From positions 48,050,001-48,114,000 of the forward strand of contig OX597814.1 in NCBI GenBank assembly GCA_951406725.2: DNA of 64,000 nucleotides, written 5' to 3'. This DNA comes from Octopus vulgaris (lineage: Eukaryota). This document shows positions 27,398-57,000 of the stretch, in pieces. The position numbers were made by a program, and so were the translations under genes. The notes below the pieces were generated by a model, which worked only from the letters and a program-made list of their open reading frames with translations, had not been told where the DNA came from and made no database searches. Position 1 is the stretch's first letter. Every line of letters begins with the position of its first letter.

Positions 27398-29227
27398 TAT
27401 GCAAATGAGTTATAACATCAAATGTAGGTTTAATACTTAAGTTTTAAGAGTCTCTAAGAATTTAATTATATAAAAGAAATGTTGTAGAAATATCTTTAAA
27501 AATAATTTTTAACAAATTATCTTATTTTTTTTTGTTTTTTCCTTAATTTATCAGCTGATGAGACTCTTAGCTAATTTAATGTTTATGAAATGATAAACAG
27601 AATAGAGGTCAGAGAGTGAGTGAGGGAGGGAGAGAAAGAATGAATGAGTGAGAGATAGATATTTACATAGACTCAGTAAAAGTGCATCACCTATTCGGCC
27701 AAGTTATATTAACTATTTTAATCTCTACCACTGGGTCTGCTTTGTGATTAGTAGACAAATAGATCGACATTAATCATAACTGACTTTCATCTAAATGAAG
27801 AGTTTCTTTTTTTTTTTACATTTTATGTTCATCTGCAATAAATAAAATAATAGAAGCATTTTCTGTTAATTTTTCTTTCCTTGCTTGTTAATGTATTGTC
27901 AGATAATAAAATCTAAAAATACCAAATCAACTGTTATCTAATGGAGATTCTTCCAGCTCGTAATGTTTCATTATGTATTAAGTTACTCACTGATTTTCTT
28001 GTCAAAAGCTATCTGAAGTATAGCTCTTATGTTATCAGTGATGACTGACTTGTTATTAAAGATAAGTAATGCTCTACACTGCAAGACAGCATTCATATCA
28101 GTAATACATTAAACATATAAGTGTAGGAGATTAGATAATATATGAAAGGAATGTCTAACAAGATCATTGCTTGTATCTTAGAAAGTATTAAAAGTTAATC
28201 TAGCTTTTATATCATCAAATTATATGCACAGAATCGTTTTGTCGAGTCAACTTGGAATATTTTTTTTTTTTTAATTATGGATAATTCGATAAACTAAATA
28301 GAAAATTTGAAAAAAGATGAAAGATGTTATTTTTGTATTTGTTAAAAAATGGGATTTCTGGTCAATAATAATAATAATAATAATAATAAAAAGAAGCAGA
28401 AATTGTAAATATTCAGATGGCAAATGAACTAAGAAATGCGGTGAGTGGGGGTGCATCTAAACAGCTGAAATTATATTTAGTTTATTAAAAGAGTGAAAAT
28501 TCTTATAAAGTCTAAAACATAATGTAGTGTGGGTAAGGGAGACAACTCTTAAATAAATTGCTAAAAAAGATTAATTTGCTTGTTCTTAAAGAAAAAATTG
28601 TATCCTTTGATATTGGAATAACAATAATAGCAACAGTGAGATTATTGTATACAGTGCTCAGGTGCACTTCAGCAATTGCTGCAAAAAATTTTATATTATT
28701 TATTTACCTGTGTTAATTCTGTTTTATTTTATATTATTTATTTACCTGTGTTCTGTTTTCTCTTTCAAATGTAATTTTTTTCTTTAAGAACAAAGCTAAT
28801 TAATCTTTATTGTGAACTCTCAAAAAAGAAAATAATCTTAAGCGTTAACTTCTTCTTACTACCATTTCAACTTTATTTTTTGGTTGTTTTATACAAATTT
28901 TCAGTCAGCTGAATCCAGAAGCTGGTTTTCACTTCCTGTTTAGACAACTTCACATGTTTCTAATGCTTTGGATAAAGACAAACTTTGAAAATCTCACTCT
29001 GTATGCTTGTTTAAGAAACCATAAATTTAATTTCTTATGAAATCTGTTTGCAGGCTTTCATTTTCATTCAAGCTGAAATATTTAAAAAGTTGATTTACTT
29101 TATAGTGCTTAATATATTAATTCAGAATGAGAACATTTTTAATCAAAGGAGAATCTCAGCCTTTAATATTGTGATTGACATTTTCTAATCCAGTTCATTT
29201 TTTTTTTTCTTCTTTTTAATTTTATAG

Positions 29228-46332
<17,105 letters not shown>

Positions 46333-46540
46333 AGGAAATTAGAGGACACTAGATAAAAATGAAGAGATAAAAATGGCAAAAATATTAAAAGACAGAAAAT
46401 TGATTACTGATTGTCAATATTTGACTGATGTTTTTTTAGCATGTTTAAAGAACACACAGCTAAATTGTAACATTCTTTGACAAAATTTTACTAATATCTG
46501 ACCATAATTCTGTTGTAAGGATTATTAAATTGTTTATAAA

Positions 46541-46975
46541 AATAAACTATGTGTGTATGTATACATACATGCACACATGTGTGTATATATGATTTATACA
46601 AAAGGCTTTTAAATGAAAACTGCAAAAGTGGTATAAAATGTATTTGATCTTCAATCCTGAGTTAAATGTTATTGAACCTTGAATCCTACAATTATTTTCC
46701 CAAAATATTTATAACTAGCAGTATGAAAATTTCATAGAACTATGTGAGAAATATGTGAGTTTATTATCTGTTAGCTTTTGCAGTTTTCTTTTGAATGTTT
46801 CCTTGTGTACAAAGTAAAATATTTAGGAAGATGAATTAAAAATAAATATTTAAAAAAAAGGTTACTTCTCACTCTTGTTTAACCTAATATAGTGATCAAA
46901 ATTTCAGCTTAGTTTATTTATATTTTCATTATGGTATCTATGTAACTTATATTCTTTTCCACAAATTTAAATAAA
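46541..46975 (+). terminator. Candidate polyadenylation signals (AATAAA at 46541, 46841, 46970)
   Basis: Hexamers downstream of the stop. The AT-rich background makes chance hits likely. Confidence 0.25.
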
Positions 46976-47627
46976 ACATTATTTTTTTCAGATTAACATT
47001 GTTATTCTTATCACCAATATTGTTGTCCTTTATATTTGTATCATCATTAGTAAAGCTAAAAATTTGTTCGTGGTTTTGGTACAAATTTGGATATTATTCA
47101 TCTTAAGTTGATAATAATTGTTACCTAATCTGTTTTAACAATTAAATGGATTAGGTTACAAAGATTCATCAACTTGATAACATTTTGTTATTTCAGATAG
47201 ATTCTTTTTGGTTGGCTTCAGCAATATTGTACTCAGGGAATTTAATACTAAATGAAATTCACTTAAGATGTTTAAAGTTTTCCCAGATTTGTTCTGTCTT
47301 TGGGAAATATTTTATTTTCTCACCATTAAAAAATTTACATGAACAATATGATTTATTCTAATGTTATTTATATAGAAATGAGAACTAAATAAAATATCAA
47401 AAATGTATATTTTCATACGTAGTTGTATGTAAATATATCGATTTTGAGTGAATGTATAGATGTGTGTATGCATGTATGTATAAAGAGGCCTATTTTATGG
47501 GCTTAAATTTATATATAAGTGCTATATAAATCAATTAAAAAGGAATATATAGAGCATGTAAATGAAAATATATAAATACAGAGTTACACATGAACAAATA
47601 TATTTGCTTCCAAGCATTTCTATTAAA

Positions 47628-48100
47628 CATCATCATTATCATCATCATTTAACGTCCGCTTTCCATGCTGGCATGGGTTGGACGATTTGACTGAGGACTG
47701 GTGAACCAGATGGCTGCACCAGGCTCCAATCTGATCTGGCAGTGCTGGATGACCTTCCTAGCGCCAACCACTCTGAGAGTGTAGTGGGTGCTTTTACGTG
47801 CCACCTGCACGAAGGCCAGTCAGGCAGTACTGGCAACAGCCACGCACAAATAGTGTTTTTTATGTGCCACTTGCATTCTGTCAAGTATGCATACTGACAT
47901 TACACATCCAGGAGAGCATACTGGCTTCATTCCTTGTGAGCTTACGCATGTCCTCAGCAGTCACGGTCCATGTTTCACTGCCATGTAGCATGGCTGTTCG
48001 TACATATGCGTCATACAGTCTACCTTTTACTCTGAGCAAGAGGCCCTTTGTCACCAGCAGAAGTAAGAGCATCTGAACTTTGCCCAGGTTATTCTTATTC
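47628..48100 (-). mobile_element. RTE LINE fragment (post-RT coding region joined to 3'UTR)
   Basis: ORF 47881..48072 LRVKGRLYDAYVRTAMLHGSETW..RNEASMLSWMCNV is typical of RTE; (GAT)n tail near 47630. Confidence 0.85.
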
Positions 48101-49722
48101 TATTAAATAAATCACAGAATGTATATTAGATTTTAAGAAATTTTTTTCAATGCAACTAAAATAATATAGGGATGGCTGTGAAGGCACAAAGGCTGTGAAG
48201 TTAGATGCTAGATTGTTGATTATGTGGCTATCAATCCAAACACAGTTACAGCCATTGTGTCATGCTTCTAGGCACATTACTGTCCTTGGCTCAGTCTGTC
48301 TAACTGAAAACATGTGCCATTACCACTTCATAACTGAGTTGCTAGCATTAAAAACAGCATCTAGTTGTAAAACCTTTTGTTTTAACATTTTATGGGCAAA
48401 TAACCAAATTTATAAATTCATCCTACATAAACTTTAAGGGAATAGAGTAAAAGAAAAATGCAATGTACCATCACTTTATTTTATAATACTGTCTCTTTAT
48501 TTTCGTCAAAGTCAATGGTCGCATTGATTTGCTACCTTTTTAGAAATTCCTTAACTATATTTATTCATTCCTAAAGGGCATTATACAAATATTTTCTCCA
48601 CCAATTACTAGAGAATACAAGTAACAATAAGATATGTTGCAGTAATGAAGATATAAAACATTAATGTTGTTTTTAATTAGATGTAATACTGAACCAGTTC
48701 CCAGTGTGTGAATATTATAAAGTTTTTAATATTTCAACTCTAATTGTTTGACCTTTTACTCTTAAATTCTTTATTATGTTCAGAAATTACAAAATTTTGT
48801 TTAGTGTGCAACAAATATTTCAAATATTTTCAAGGATTTGATTACCATAATTAGTATGATTAATAAGATTGAAGGCAAATTTTCTAGCATTGTTACAGTA
48901 TGAAAATTGATTTTTGTTAATAAAACATAAATAATAATAATAAAACATTGTGTACAGTGCTCAGGTGCACTACAACTCATCTAAAGTGTATGTATAGTAC
49001 ATAGGGTAATGTACAAGCGTCAGGAAAAGAACAGTGCATGAGTCATGACATACACATATGTGTATGAGTATGGAAGTAAAAACATAGTATATGAAATGAT
49101 GATATTGGAATACCTGTGTTTTTTAAAATTTTCAGTCAAGCTTTGGAAATTATTGAAAGTTTCCACATATAGTTAATTTCTGATCCTATTTTATTTAATT
49201 GCAACTAATGTTTTCACACTATTCTTTAGATACAATTCTTTAAGTTGTAAATTAAGTTGAGATGAAAAAAAAAATACTGGTTTATATAAAACATTGGGAA
49301 CTAAAGCTTTGTTTGTCATATTTAGTATTAATTACATGTTGTTGGTGAAACTACATTTTACTTTTCTTTTCTTCATGTATGATTTATAGAACATGCTTCC
49401 ATAACAATGAAAAGCAATCTTTCTGATGTTTACACTGAAAATTATATAAACCAAAATATTAAGAAATATTCCGTGATGACATGGTTCTTGAAAGAAACAT
49501 TGGGTTATTCCCAAACTAAGAGATATACCAATTACAAACTTATCTTGTATTTACTTGCCCTAAAAAAAAATAAAAATAAATTCTTTTGTCTTCATGAGTT
49601 ATAAAAACTGAAGCTCAGAAAATATATCTTCAGTTTCTTTCTCTTAAGTGCATACATATGTATATCCATACTTATATTGTGTTATTAATGATATACCAGT
49701 CTGACAATCTTTTATATGACCA

Positions 49723-49755
<33 letters not shown>

Positions 49756-50127
49756 ACGCGTGTGTGTTTTATCCTTGAAAAAGAGAGTTTAGAGTAGAAC
49801 AATTCTGAAATCAAATTATGCAGTGTAATCATATACAAAATTTTACACAATATTTCTGCTTAGATAATTTAGCATTTTGAGTTACATACATGATTTCCAT
49901 ATAGGTAAAAAATGTGAATGGGTCAAACATTTATCTGCAGAGACTGAAAAGATAGGTTCAAATATTTCAAAGTGTTTCATTTTGTTTATTGCATTAAAGC
50001 ACTTGTCCCCATAAATACTTACTTGCTAATATTAATCTTTAACCCTTTTGATACCAAACCACCTGATATTGCCTCTTGTTGCACGGGTGTGTGTGTATAA
50101 TATTTGTAAACAAATATTATATAGATA

Positions 50128-50644
50128 TATTTGTAAACAAGCCCAAAGGCTTTGTAAGTTATGGAGATAGAGTGACTAAGGAAGTCTCTTGGTAGAATAA
50201 TAACTATATAATAATATATCATAATAATGATATACTCCAATTTAAAGCAACATTTTTTTTATATACACAATTGACTGAAAAATGATGAGCTAACCCAGGC
50301 TAGAATTGAACCCACATAGCTCCGTGCACATCCAATCGGGCCAAATGCTCACCCATCAATTTCAGCCAAATTTTATAGATATATACTTTAGACTTCCATA
50401 AGTCGCTCTATCTCCATAACTAAAAAGCCTTTGGGTTTGTTTACAAATACTATATGTAGTATTGGACAGTTAAAGTATATATTCATAAAATTTGGCTCAA
50501 ATTGATGGGTGAATGTTTGGCACAATTGGATGTGCATGGAACTGTGTTAGCATTGATATATGGGTTTGATTCTGGCCTGGGTTAGCTCATTATTTTTCAG
50601 TCAATTGGTTATAGAAAAAAAATGTAGCTTTAAATTGGAGTATA

Positions 50645-50681
<37 letters not shown>

Positions 50682-50918
50682 ATATAAATAAGAAACTTCC
50701 ATAGTCGCTCTATTTCTGTAACTTACAAAGCCTTTGGGTTTGTTTATAAATATTATATGTAGTATTTGACAGTTAAAGTATATATGTATAAAATTTGGTT
50801 GAAATTTATGGGTGAGTGTTTGGCCCAATTGGATGTGCATGGAGTTGTGTTAGTGTTGATATGTGGGTTTGATTCCAGCCTTGGTTAGCTCATCATTTTT
50901 CAGTAAATTGTTTATATA
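50128..50918. repeat. Tandem plus inverted copies of a ~300-bp unit with Pol III A/B-box-like motifs
   Basis: Direct units at about 50391-50660 and 50694-50918 (the second resumes at 51552). Inverted pieces at 50128-50187 and 50230-50390. Confidence 0.8.
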
Positions 50919-51551
50919 ACCATGATGGTCCTCTGGAAGACACTTGACTATTGCTCTCAGCTATGGTCACCATCCAGTGTCAAGTTAATCACAGAACTTG
51001 AGGCGATCCAATGAAGCTACACGAAGAAGATAGCCTCTGTGCAGCATATAAGCTATTGGGAAAGACTCAAGAGATTGAGACTCTATTCCTTAGAGCGTAG
51101 GTGTGAAAGATATGCCATAATATACATCTGGAAGATCCTAGAAGGACTTGTCCCAAACTTTGGCATCGAGAGTTACACAAATGCCAGAACTGGGCGCCAC
51201 TGCATAGTGCCAAGGACTCCAAATTTGCCATCAAGATGTAGGACAAGATACTGTGATAGCCTGGGCTTCCAAGGCCCACAGCTCTTCAATATCCTCCCGA
51301 AGAACCTAAGAGACCTGCATGGGGTGGATGCAGATGTCTTTAAAATGAAACTGGATCTCTTCTTGTCAGGTGTCCCAGATGAACCAACTTCACGGCAGGA
51401 GGTGCAGATGAGGGCAGCTGCATCGAACTCTCTCTTGCACCAGATGGCATTTGCTAAAAAGCATTCGTGAAGTAAAATCATGTAGCAACACCAAATGGCG
51501 GTGCCCCAGCATGGCCACAGCTTGTGAGATGAAACTAAATAAAATAAAATT
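50919..51551 (+). mobile_element. 5'-truncated CR1-group LINE 3' end
   Basis: LDYCSQLWSP..ELEAIQ*SYTKKI..SYWERLKRLRLYSLERRCERYAIIYIWKILEGL..FKMKLDLFL; short 3'UTR ending (TAAAA)n. Confidence 0.85.
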
Positions 51552-51978
51552 AAAAAATGTCACTTTAAATCGGACTATATATATTATTATATAGTTGTTA
51601 TTGTGTGTGTGTGTGTGTGTGTGTGTATGACCTTCACCTATACATACACTATAATAAAAAAGATGTAAACTAATTTTGGATAGTATTGAGAAAAATTAAA
51701 ATAAATAAGTGAAAACATCATAAAAGAAAACTGAAACTGGTTGTATTGTGATATAAACACATCTTAAAATTGTATCACAGTGGTTTAAGAGAAAGATAGA
51801 AATAAAGAATTGGAACTCTTCAGTTTTGAAATATATATTACAAACTAAATGGTGTCAAGAGGTAAGTTACTATAAGTAATAATCACCAGAAAATTAAGAG
51901 TACAAATAGTTAAATGTTATAGTGTAGATGTAAGAGTAACAGAAAATAAAGTGGACCAAAAATGAAAAAAAAATATAT

Positions 51979-52354
51979 GGAGTGGCTGTGTGGTAAGTAG
52001 CTTGCTAACCAACCACATGGTTCTGGGTTCAGTCCCACTGCATGACATCTTGGGCAAGTGTCTTCTGCTATAGGCCTGGGCCGACCAATGCCTTCTGAGT
52101 GGATTTGGTAGACGGAAACTGAAAGAAGCCCGTCGTACATATATATATATATATGTGTGTCTGTGTTTGTCCCCCTAGCATTGCTTGACAACCAATGCTG
52201 GTGTGTTTATGTCCCCGTCACTTAGCAGTTCGGCAAAAGAGACTGATAGAATAAGTACTAGGCTTACAAAGAATAAGTCCTGGGGTCGATTTGCTCGACT
52301 AAAGGCGGTGCTCCAGCATGGCCGCAGTCAAATGACTGAAACAAGTAAAAGAGT
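51979..52354 (+). mobile_element. Near full-length CORE-type SINE
   Basis: Highly similar to 26994-27397. Confidence 0.85.
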
Positions 52355-52553
52355 AACTGGATACATTTACACATACACACACTCTCACAAAGGACTGAGG
52401 TGACAGGTGATTCACTGTGCCCGAGAAGACCTGTCCATCTCAGGAAAGAAATGTTTATGCTTATGTCCATCCTCCACACCCAATCTTTGCCTGTCAAGCT
52501 TTCCTCTACTCATTACACTAGAATGTATGCACACACATGCATGCATTTGTATA

Positions 52554-52783
52554 TATAGCCTCAGGCCAACCAAAGCCTTGTAAGTGGATTTGGTAGACAG
52601 AAACTGAAAGAAGCCCATCATGTGTATCCCCTCTGCTATCGCTTGAGAACTGGTGCTGGTGTGTTTATGTCCCTGTAACTTGGCAGTTTGGCCGTGGGGT
52701 CGATTTCTTTGACTAAAACTCTCTTAGGCAGTGCTCCAGCAGGGTCACAGTCAAATGACTGAAACAAGTAAAAGTGTAAAAGA
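52554..52783 (+). mobile_element. Partial CORE-type SINE
   Basis: Body and tail motifs of the same family, with internal deletions. Confidence 0.7.
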
Positions 52784-53189
52784 ATATATATATTATCATT
52801 TAGTGACCATATTCCAATGAGGAAGATTAGGAAATGACTGTCCATGTCCAGTGCCGAAAAAGGTGGTTTGAAGAGCAGCAGATCAGTAAAGATGATACAG
52901 TAGATAGGGGAAGGGTAAGAGAGATAAATGACATGTGGTTGGGTATGTTGCACAGAGATTGGGAGATGTATGGTGGTGGAGGAAACATAATTTGGTGGCT
53001 TGAGGTTAATCAATGTAAAATGTCAGTGGAGAGGACAGTATTAAAGATAGATATCAAGTGAAATGGTTATGGATAGTAAATTGTATCAAGGAAAAGGTGA
53101 TATTAGAGAGATAATGGGTGGCCGTAGTGTCTTGAGGAAATTGGGTGAAGAGCCTGTGTGTGAATATGTATACACACACAGTGCTTCCA

Positions 53190-53500
53190 GAACTCAGTTT
53201 TGTCAAGTTAGGCAGATCTCAAGGACTGCACTTTGTTAGTCATCCTGTCCTTTGTCATCTCCTCTATGAGGTTCAAGGTCCTGAGATTCAGCCTTCACTA
53301 CTTCATCCTATGTCTTCCTGGGTCTCCCTCTATTACAAGCTCATCAACATTAAGTGAACAGCACTTCTTTATAGAGCTATCTTCATAGCAGTGCAGCCTT
53401 CCTTCTTGCACATTACTTCTAATTCCACTTACACCCTGTTTTTTCTTTTCTCCCAGCACATTTGTACTAGGTCGTTCATCACACACCAATACATGAATAA
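53190..53500 (-). mobile_element. Degenerate RTE C-terminal fragment
   Basis: Minus strand ..VQEGRLHCYEDSSIKKCCSLNV..GRPRKT*DEVV. Confidence 0.55.
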
Positions 53501-54423
53501 GTATACCTTCAGCCACACTTCTGTAGTCTGGTGTTGTCAAATAAACTATGTGTAAATGAATGTGTTGTGAGAACCATGCAGTCCATGCACAAATAGAATA
53601 AGTAGTAATGATTTTAAAGCTTTTAAAGTGTTTAAAGCTAGTTGATCACTGGAACTCCTGTATACTGATGATCTAGTTCACAGCTGAATCTATTACAGAA
53701 TTACAGGAAGATCTTATAAATGTCAAGATAAAGTCTAGAATTAAAAGACCTTGAAGTAAACCTAGCCAATACAAAATTTCAAATTAGCAAACAAACCAGG
53801 AAGACATTGCTGTCATCTGGCAGCTGGCTATACTCAGTATACAGGAAAATTGGCAGTTAGATCGCCAAGGAAATAAATTCATTTAAATGTTCAGATTGTT
53901 CCCTATAAGTAACTGATAACTTTGATTATCTAGGTAGTCTGATAAACTGGATGTTGATGTTCTGAAAGCATAGAACCAAAGAAAAAATGAGGTAGGAAAA
54001 GTTCAATGTCCTCTTAATTTTATTGGTAATGAAAGGATTTTTCTGTCTAATTGAAGAGCAGATTATATGATATTTGTAGCTAATGTTACAAGACAGTAAA
54101 ACATGGTGACTGAATCTGGAAGATGTAATGACCATCAACTTGATCTTGAGCATAACCACTTTCTTATTGTAGATATGCCTGTAACTGGTTCGTTAGCTTT
54201 CTATTAACAAGTTCTATTTTATTATCTACAATGATAAAAAAAGTAATACAACTGATAGAAGAGCGAGTTATGGTGGGATGAGCAATAAGGAGATGAGAGC
54301 AAGTAGCAGATGTAGACAGAGACATATTAGTCATGGGACCCATGATAGGGACATATAGATCATGGGACCAAAAGGTGTGCATGCATATACACATACATAT
54401 GCAAGTTATGAGAAGTATTTGAG

Positions 54424-54652
54424 GAAATATGTGGTAATTTAAAGGTAGTGAGCTGGCAGAAACATTAGCATGCCAGGCGAAATGGTTTAGCAGTATTTTG
54501 TCTGTCTTTACATTCTGAGTTCAAATTCCTCTAAGGTTGACTTTGTCTTTCATCCTTTCGGGGTCGATAAATTAAGTAGCAGTTGCATACTGGGGTCGAT
54601 CTAATCGACTGGCCCCCCTCCAAATATTTTGGGCCTTGTGCCCAGAGTAGAA
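54424..54652 (+). mobile_element. MetaSINE-like SINE
   Basis: Full set of family motifs; flanked by similar AAATATG(T/C)GGTAATTTAA direct repeats, a probable TSD. Confidence 0.85.
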
Positions 54653-55153
54653 AAAAATATGCGGTAATTTAATGAACCAACTCTAATCCAGAAAAAACTA
54701 AATGTATTTCAATAAAAATTTGTGCACAATCATGGTGGTTCTCCAGCATCACTGCAGCCATGTGGCTGAAATGAATAAAAGAATAAAAGGTTACATGCTC
54801 TCAAGAAGCTTTCTTATAATCTTATTTTATGAACCCACATTCAGCTTTGATGGCTGCTTCAGAGCAGGATCAGAATCATTGATATACCTCCTCTAAATAG
54901 CCTATATTCATTTCAGACATTACCTTGACAATAATATTTTTAATACATTGCCTTGCTACGTAATTTTCAAAATAATCCAGAATCTCACTTTAAATCTTTC
55001 TATTTGAAATTCAAATCTCATTTTAGTACTTTGAAACATTCAGGTACTCCATACATAATTTAATAATATTCAATACAGAGTTGTTTCCCTTCAATAACAT
55101 TTTAGTTAGAGTAGAGCAGCTAAGACGTGTTGCTTATATCTTCAACAAAAGAA

Positions 55154-55364
55154 GGCGGCGAGCTGGCAGAAACGTTAACACGCCGGGCGAAATGCCGTTA
55201 CGTTCTGGGTTCAAATTCCACCGAGGTCGACTTTGTCTTTCATCCTTTCGGGGTCGATAAATTAAGTACCAGTTACGCACTGGGTCGATGTAATCGACTT
55301 AATCCATTTCTCTATCCTTGTTTGTCCCCTCTATGTTTAGCCCCTTGTGGGTAGTAAAGAAATA
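55154..55364 (+). mobile_element. MetaSINE-like SINE
   Basis: Family motifs; TATATCTTCAAC direct repeat at 55135-55146 and 55365-55376. Confidence 0.85.
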
Positions 55365-55443
55365 TATATCTTCAACGAATTGCATCATAAATGGGAGCAT
55401 AAACGGATCTGAAAATTGAGTCTAGACAAAAAATGCCCTAGAT

Positions 55444-55622
55444 CAGTGGTTTTCAACCAGGGTTCCGCAAGAAGTTACAAAACTGCTAAAATCGGCAGTA
55501 ATTTTTAATTTTCCTGTGCAGATATGTGTGCATAAGACTATTAAATTATTGCACAGGGGTTCCACGAGCCAGTGGAATGTTTCCTTGGGGTTCCGCTCCA
55601 GCAAAAAGTTTGAAAAGCACTG
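55444..55622. mobile_element. hAT-type MITE (179 bp)
   Basis: TIRs CAGTGGTTTTCAAC / TTTGAAAAGCACTG; 8-bp TSD CCCTAGAT / CCCGAGAT. Confidence 0.85.
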
Positions 55623-55661
55623 CCCGAGATTATCTACCCACAGAAAGAAGAATAGAAAATA

Positions 55662-55802
55662 TTAGGTTGTCCCAAAAGTTCGTAAACACTTGCGAAAATT
55701 GAATTTTTACTCGCCAAGTACTAACAAAAACAACAAAAATTATTCCTCAAAACAAAGACCATTATTTTCCAAGACTTTCTACGAACTTTTGGGACAACCT
55801 TA
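55662..55802. mobile_element. Tc1/mariner-type MITE (141 bp)
   Basis: TIRs TTAGGTTGTCCCAAAAGTTCGTA / TACGAACTTTTGGGACAACCTTA; TA on both sides. Confidence 0.85.
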
Positions 55803-56095
55803 TAAATAAGAACGATACAGGGAGGTAACTCTTTCTAAGAAAACTAGTTGTTTAGAATGTCTTCAAAGGGACAGTATCTTCTGAGGTAACGTTTTTATAG
55901 ATATACATTTTTGTTTATTTCGTGTTACGAAATCATAAAATACAGATTTGTGTTAGAAATTTGCAGAACCAGTCGTATGTTTATTCTTTATGTAAGCTAA
56001 ATTACATTTCTGAATATATTTCTGCATTTTTTAGTCACAGTTTCATCCCAGCAACTTTTTAAATTGTGTCGTCTGCTTGAATCACTAATCGGCGT

Positions 56096-56248
56096 TTCTC
56101 TCTGTCATCCCCCCTCTCTCTCTGTCTCTCTTCCTCCCTTTCTATATCACCCTCTCTCTCTCTCTGTCTCTCTCTCTCTTCCTCCCTTTCTGTATCACCC
56201 TCTCTCTCTCTTCCTCTCTTTCTATATCACCCTCTCTCTCTCTCTCTG
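56096..56248. repeat. CT-rich degenerate tandem repeat (TATCACCCTCTCTC.. units)
   Basis: Read directly; about four units. Confidence 0.8.
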
Positions 56249-56280
56249 TTAAGAGCTGGAGGATCTCTTCTGTTTGATGC

Positions 56281-57000
56281 AAAGGGTCTAATTTCGTTGA
56301 GAATTTCTACAAAGGGTCTAATTTCGTTGAGGATTTCTACAAAGGGTCTAATTTCGTTGAGGATTTCTACAAAGGGTCTAATTTCGTTGAGGATTTCTAC
56401 AAAGGGTCTAATTTCGTTGAGGATTTCTTCAAAGGGTCTAATTTCGTTGAGGATTTCTACAAAGGGTCTAATTTCGTTGAGGATATCTTCAAAGGGTCTA
56501 ATTTCGTTAAGGATTTCTACAAAGGGTCTAATTTCGTTGAGGATTTCTACAAAGGGTCTAATTTCGTTGAGGATTTCTACAAAGGGTCTAATTTCGTTAA
56601 GAATTTCTACAAAGGGTCTAATTTCGTTGAGGATTTCTACAACGGGTCTAATTTCGTTGAGGATTTCTATAAAGGGTCTAATTTCGTTGAGGATTTCTAC
56701 AAAGGGTCTAATTTCGTTGAGGATTTCTTCAAAGGGTCTAATTTCGTTGAGGATTTCTACAAAGGGTCTAATTTCGTTGAGGATTTCTTCAAAGGGTTTA
56801 ATTTCGTTAAGGATTTCTACAAAGGGTCTAATTTCGTTGAGGATTTCTACAAAGGGTCTAATTTCGTTGAGGATTTCTACAAAGGGTCTAATTTCGTTGA
56901 GGATTTCTACAAAGGGTCTAATTTCGTTAAGGATTTCTACAAAGGGTCTAATTTCGTTGAGGATTTCTACAAAGGGTCTAATTTCGTTAAGGATTTCTAC
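56281..57000. repeat. Minisatellite, 24 x 30 bp (AAAGGGTCTAATTTCGTTGAGGATTTCTAC)
   Basis: Exact 30-bp period with no indels and only scattered substitutions. Confidence 0.97.

Noticed and set aside
27555-27580. CTGATGAG hammerhead-like core
   Set aside because: No stem II followed by GAAA.
56281-57000. CRISPR array
   Set aside because: Contiguous 30-bp units with no unique spacers, no cas genes, eukaryotic context.
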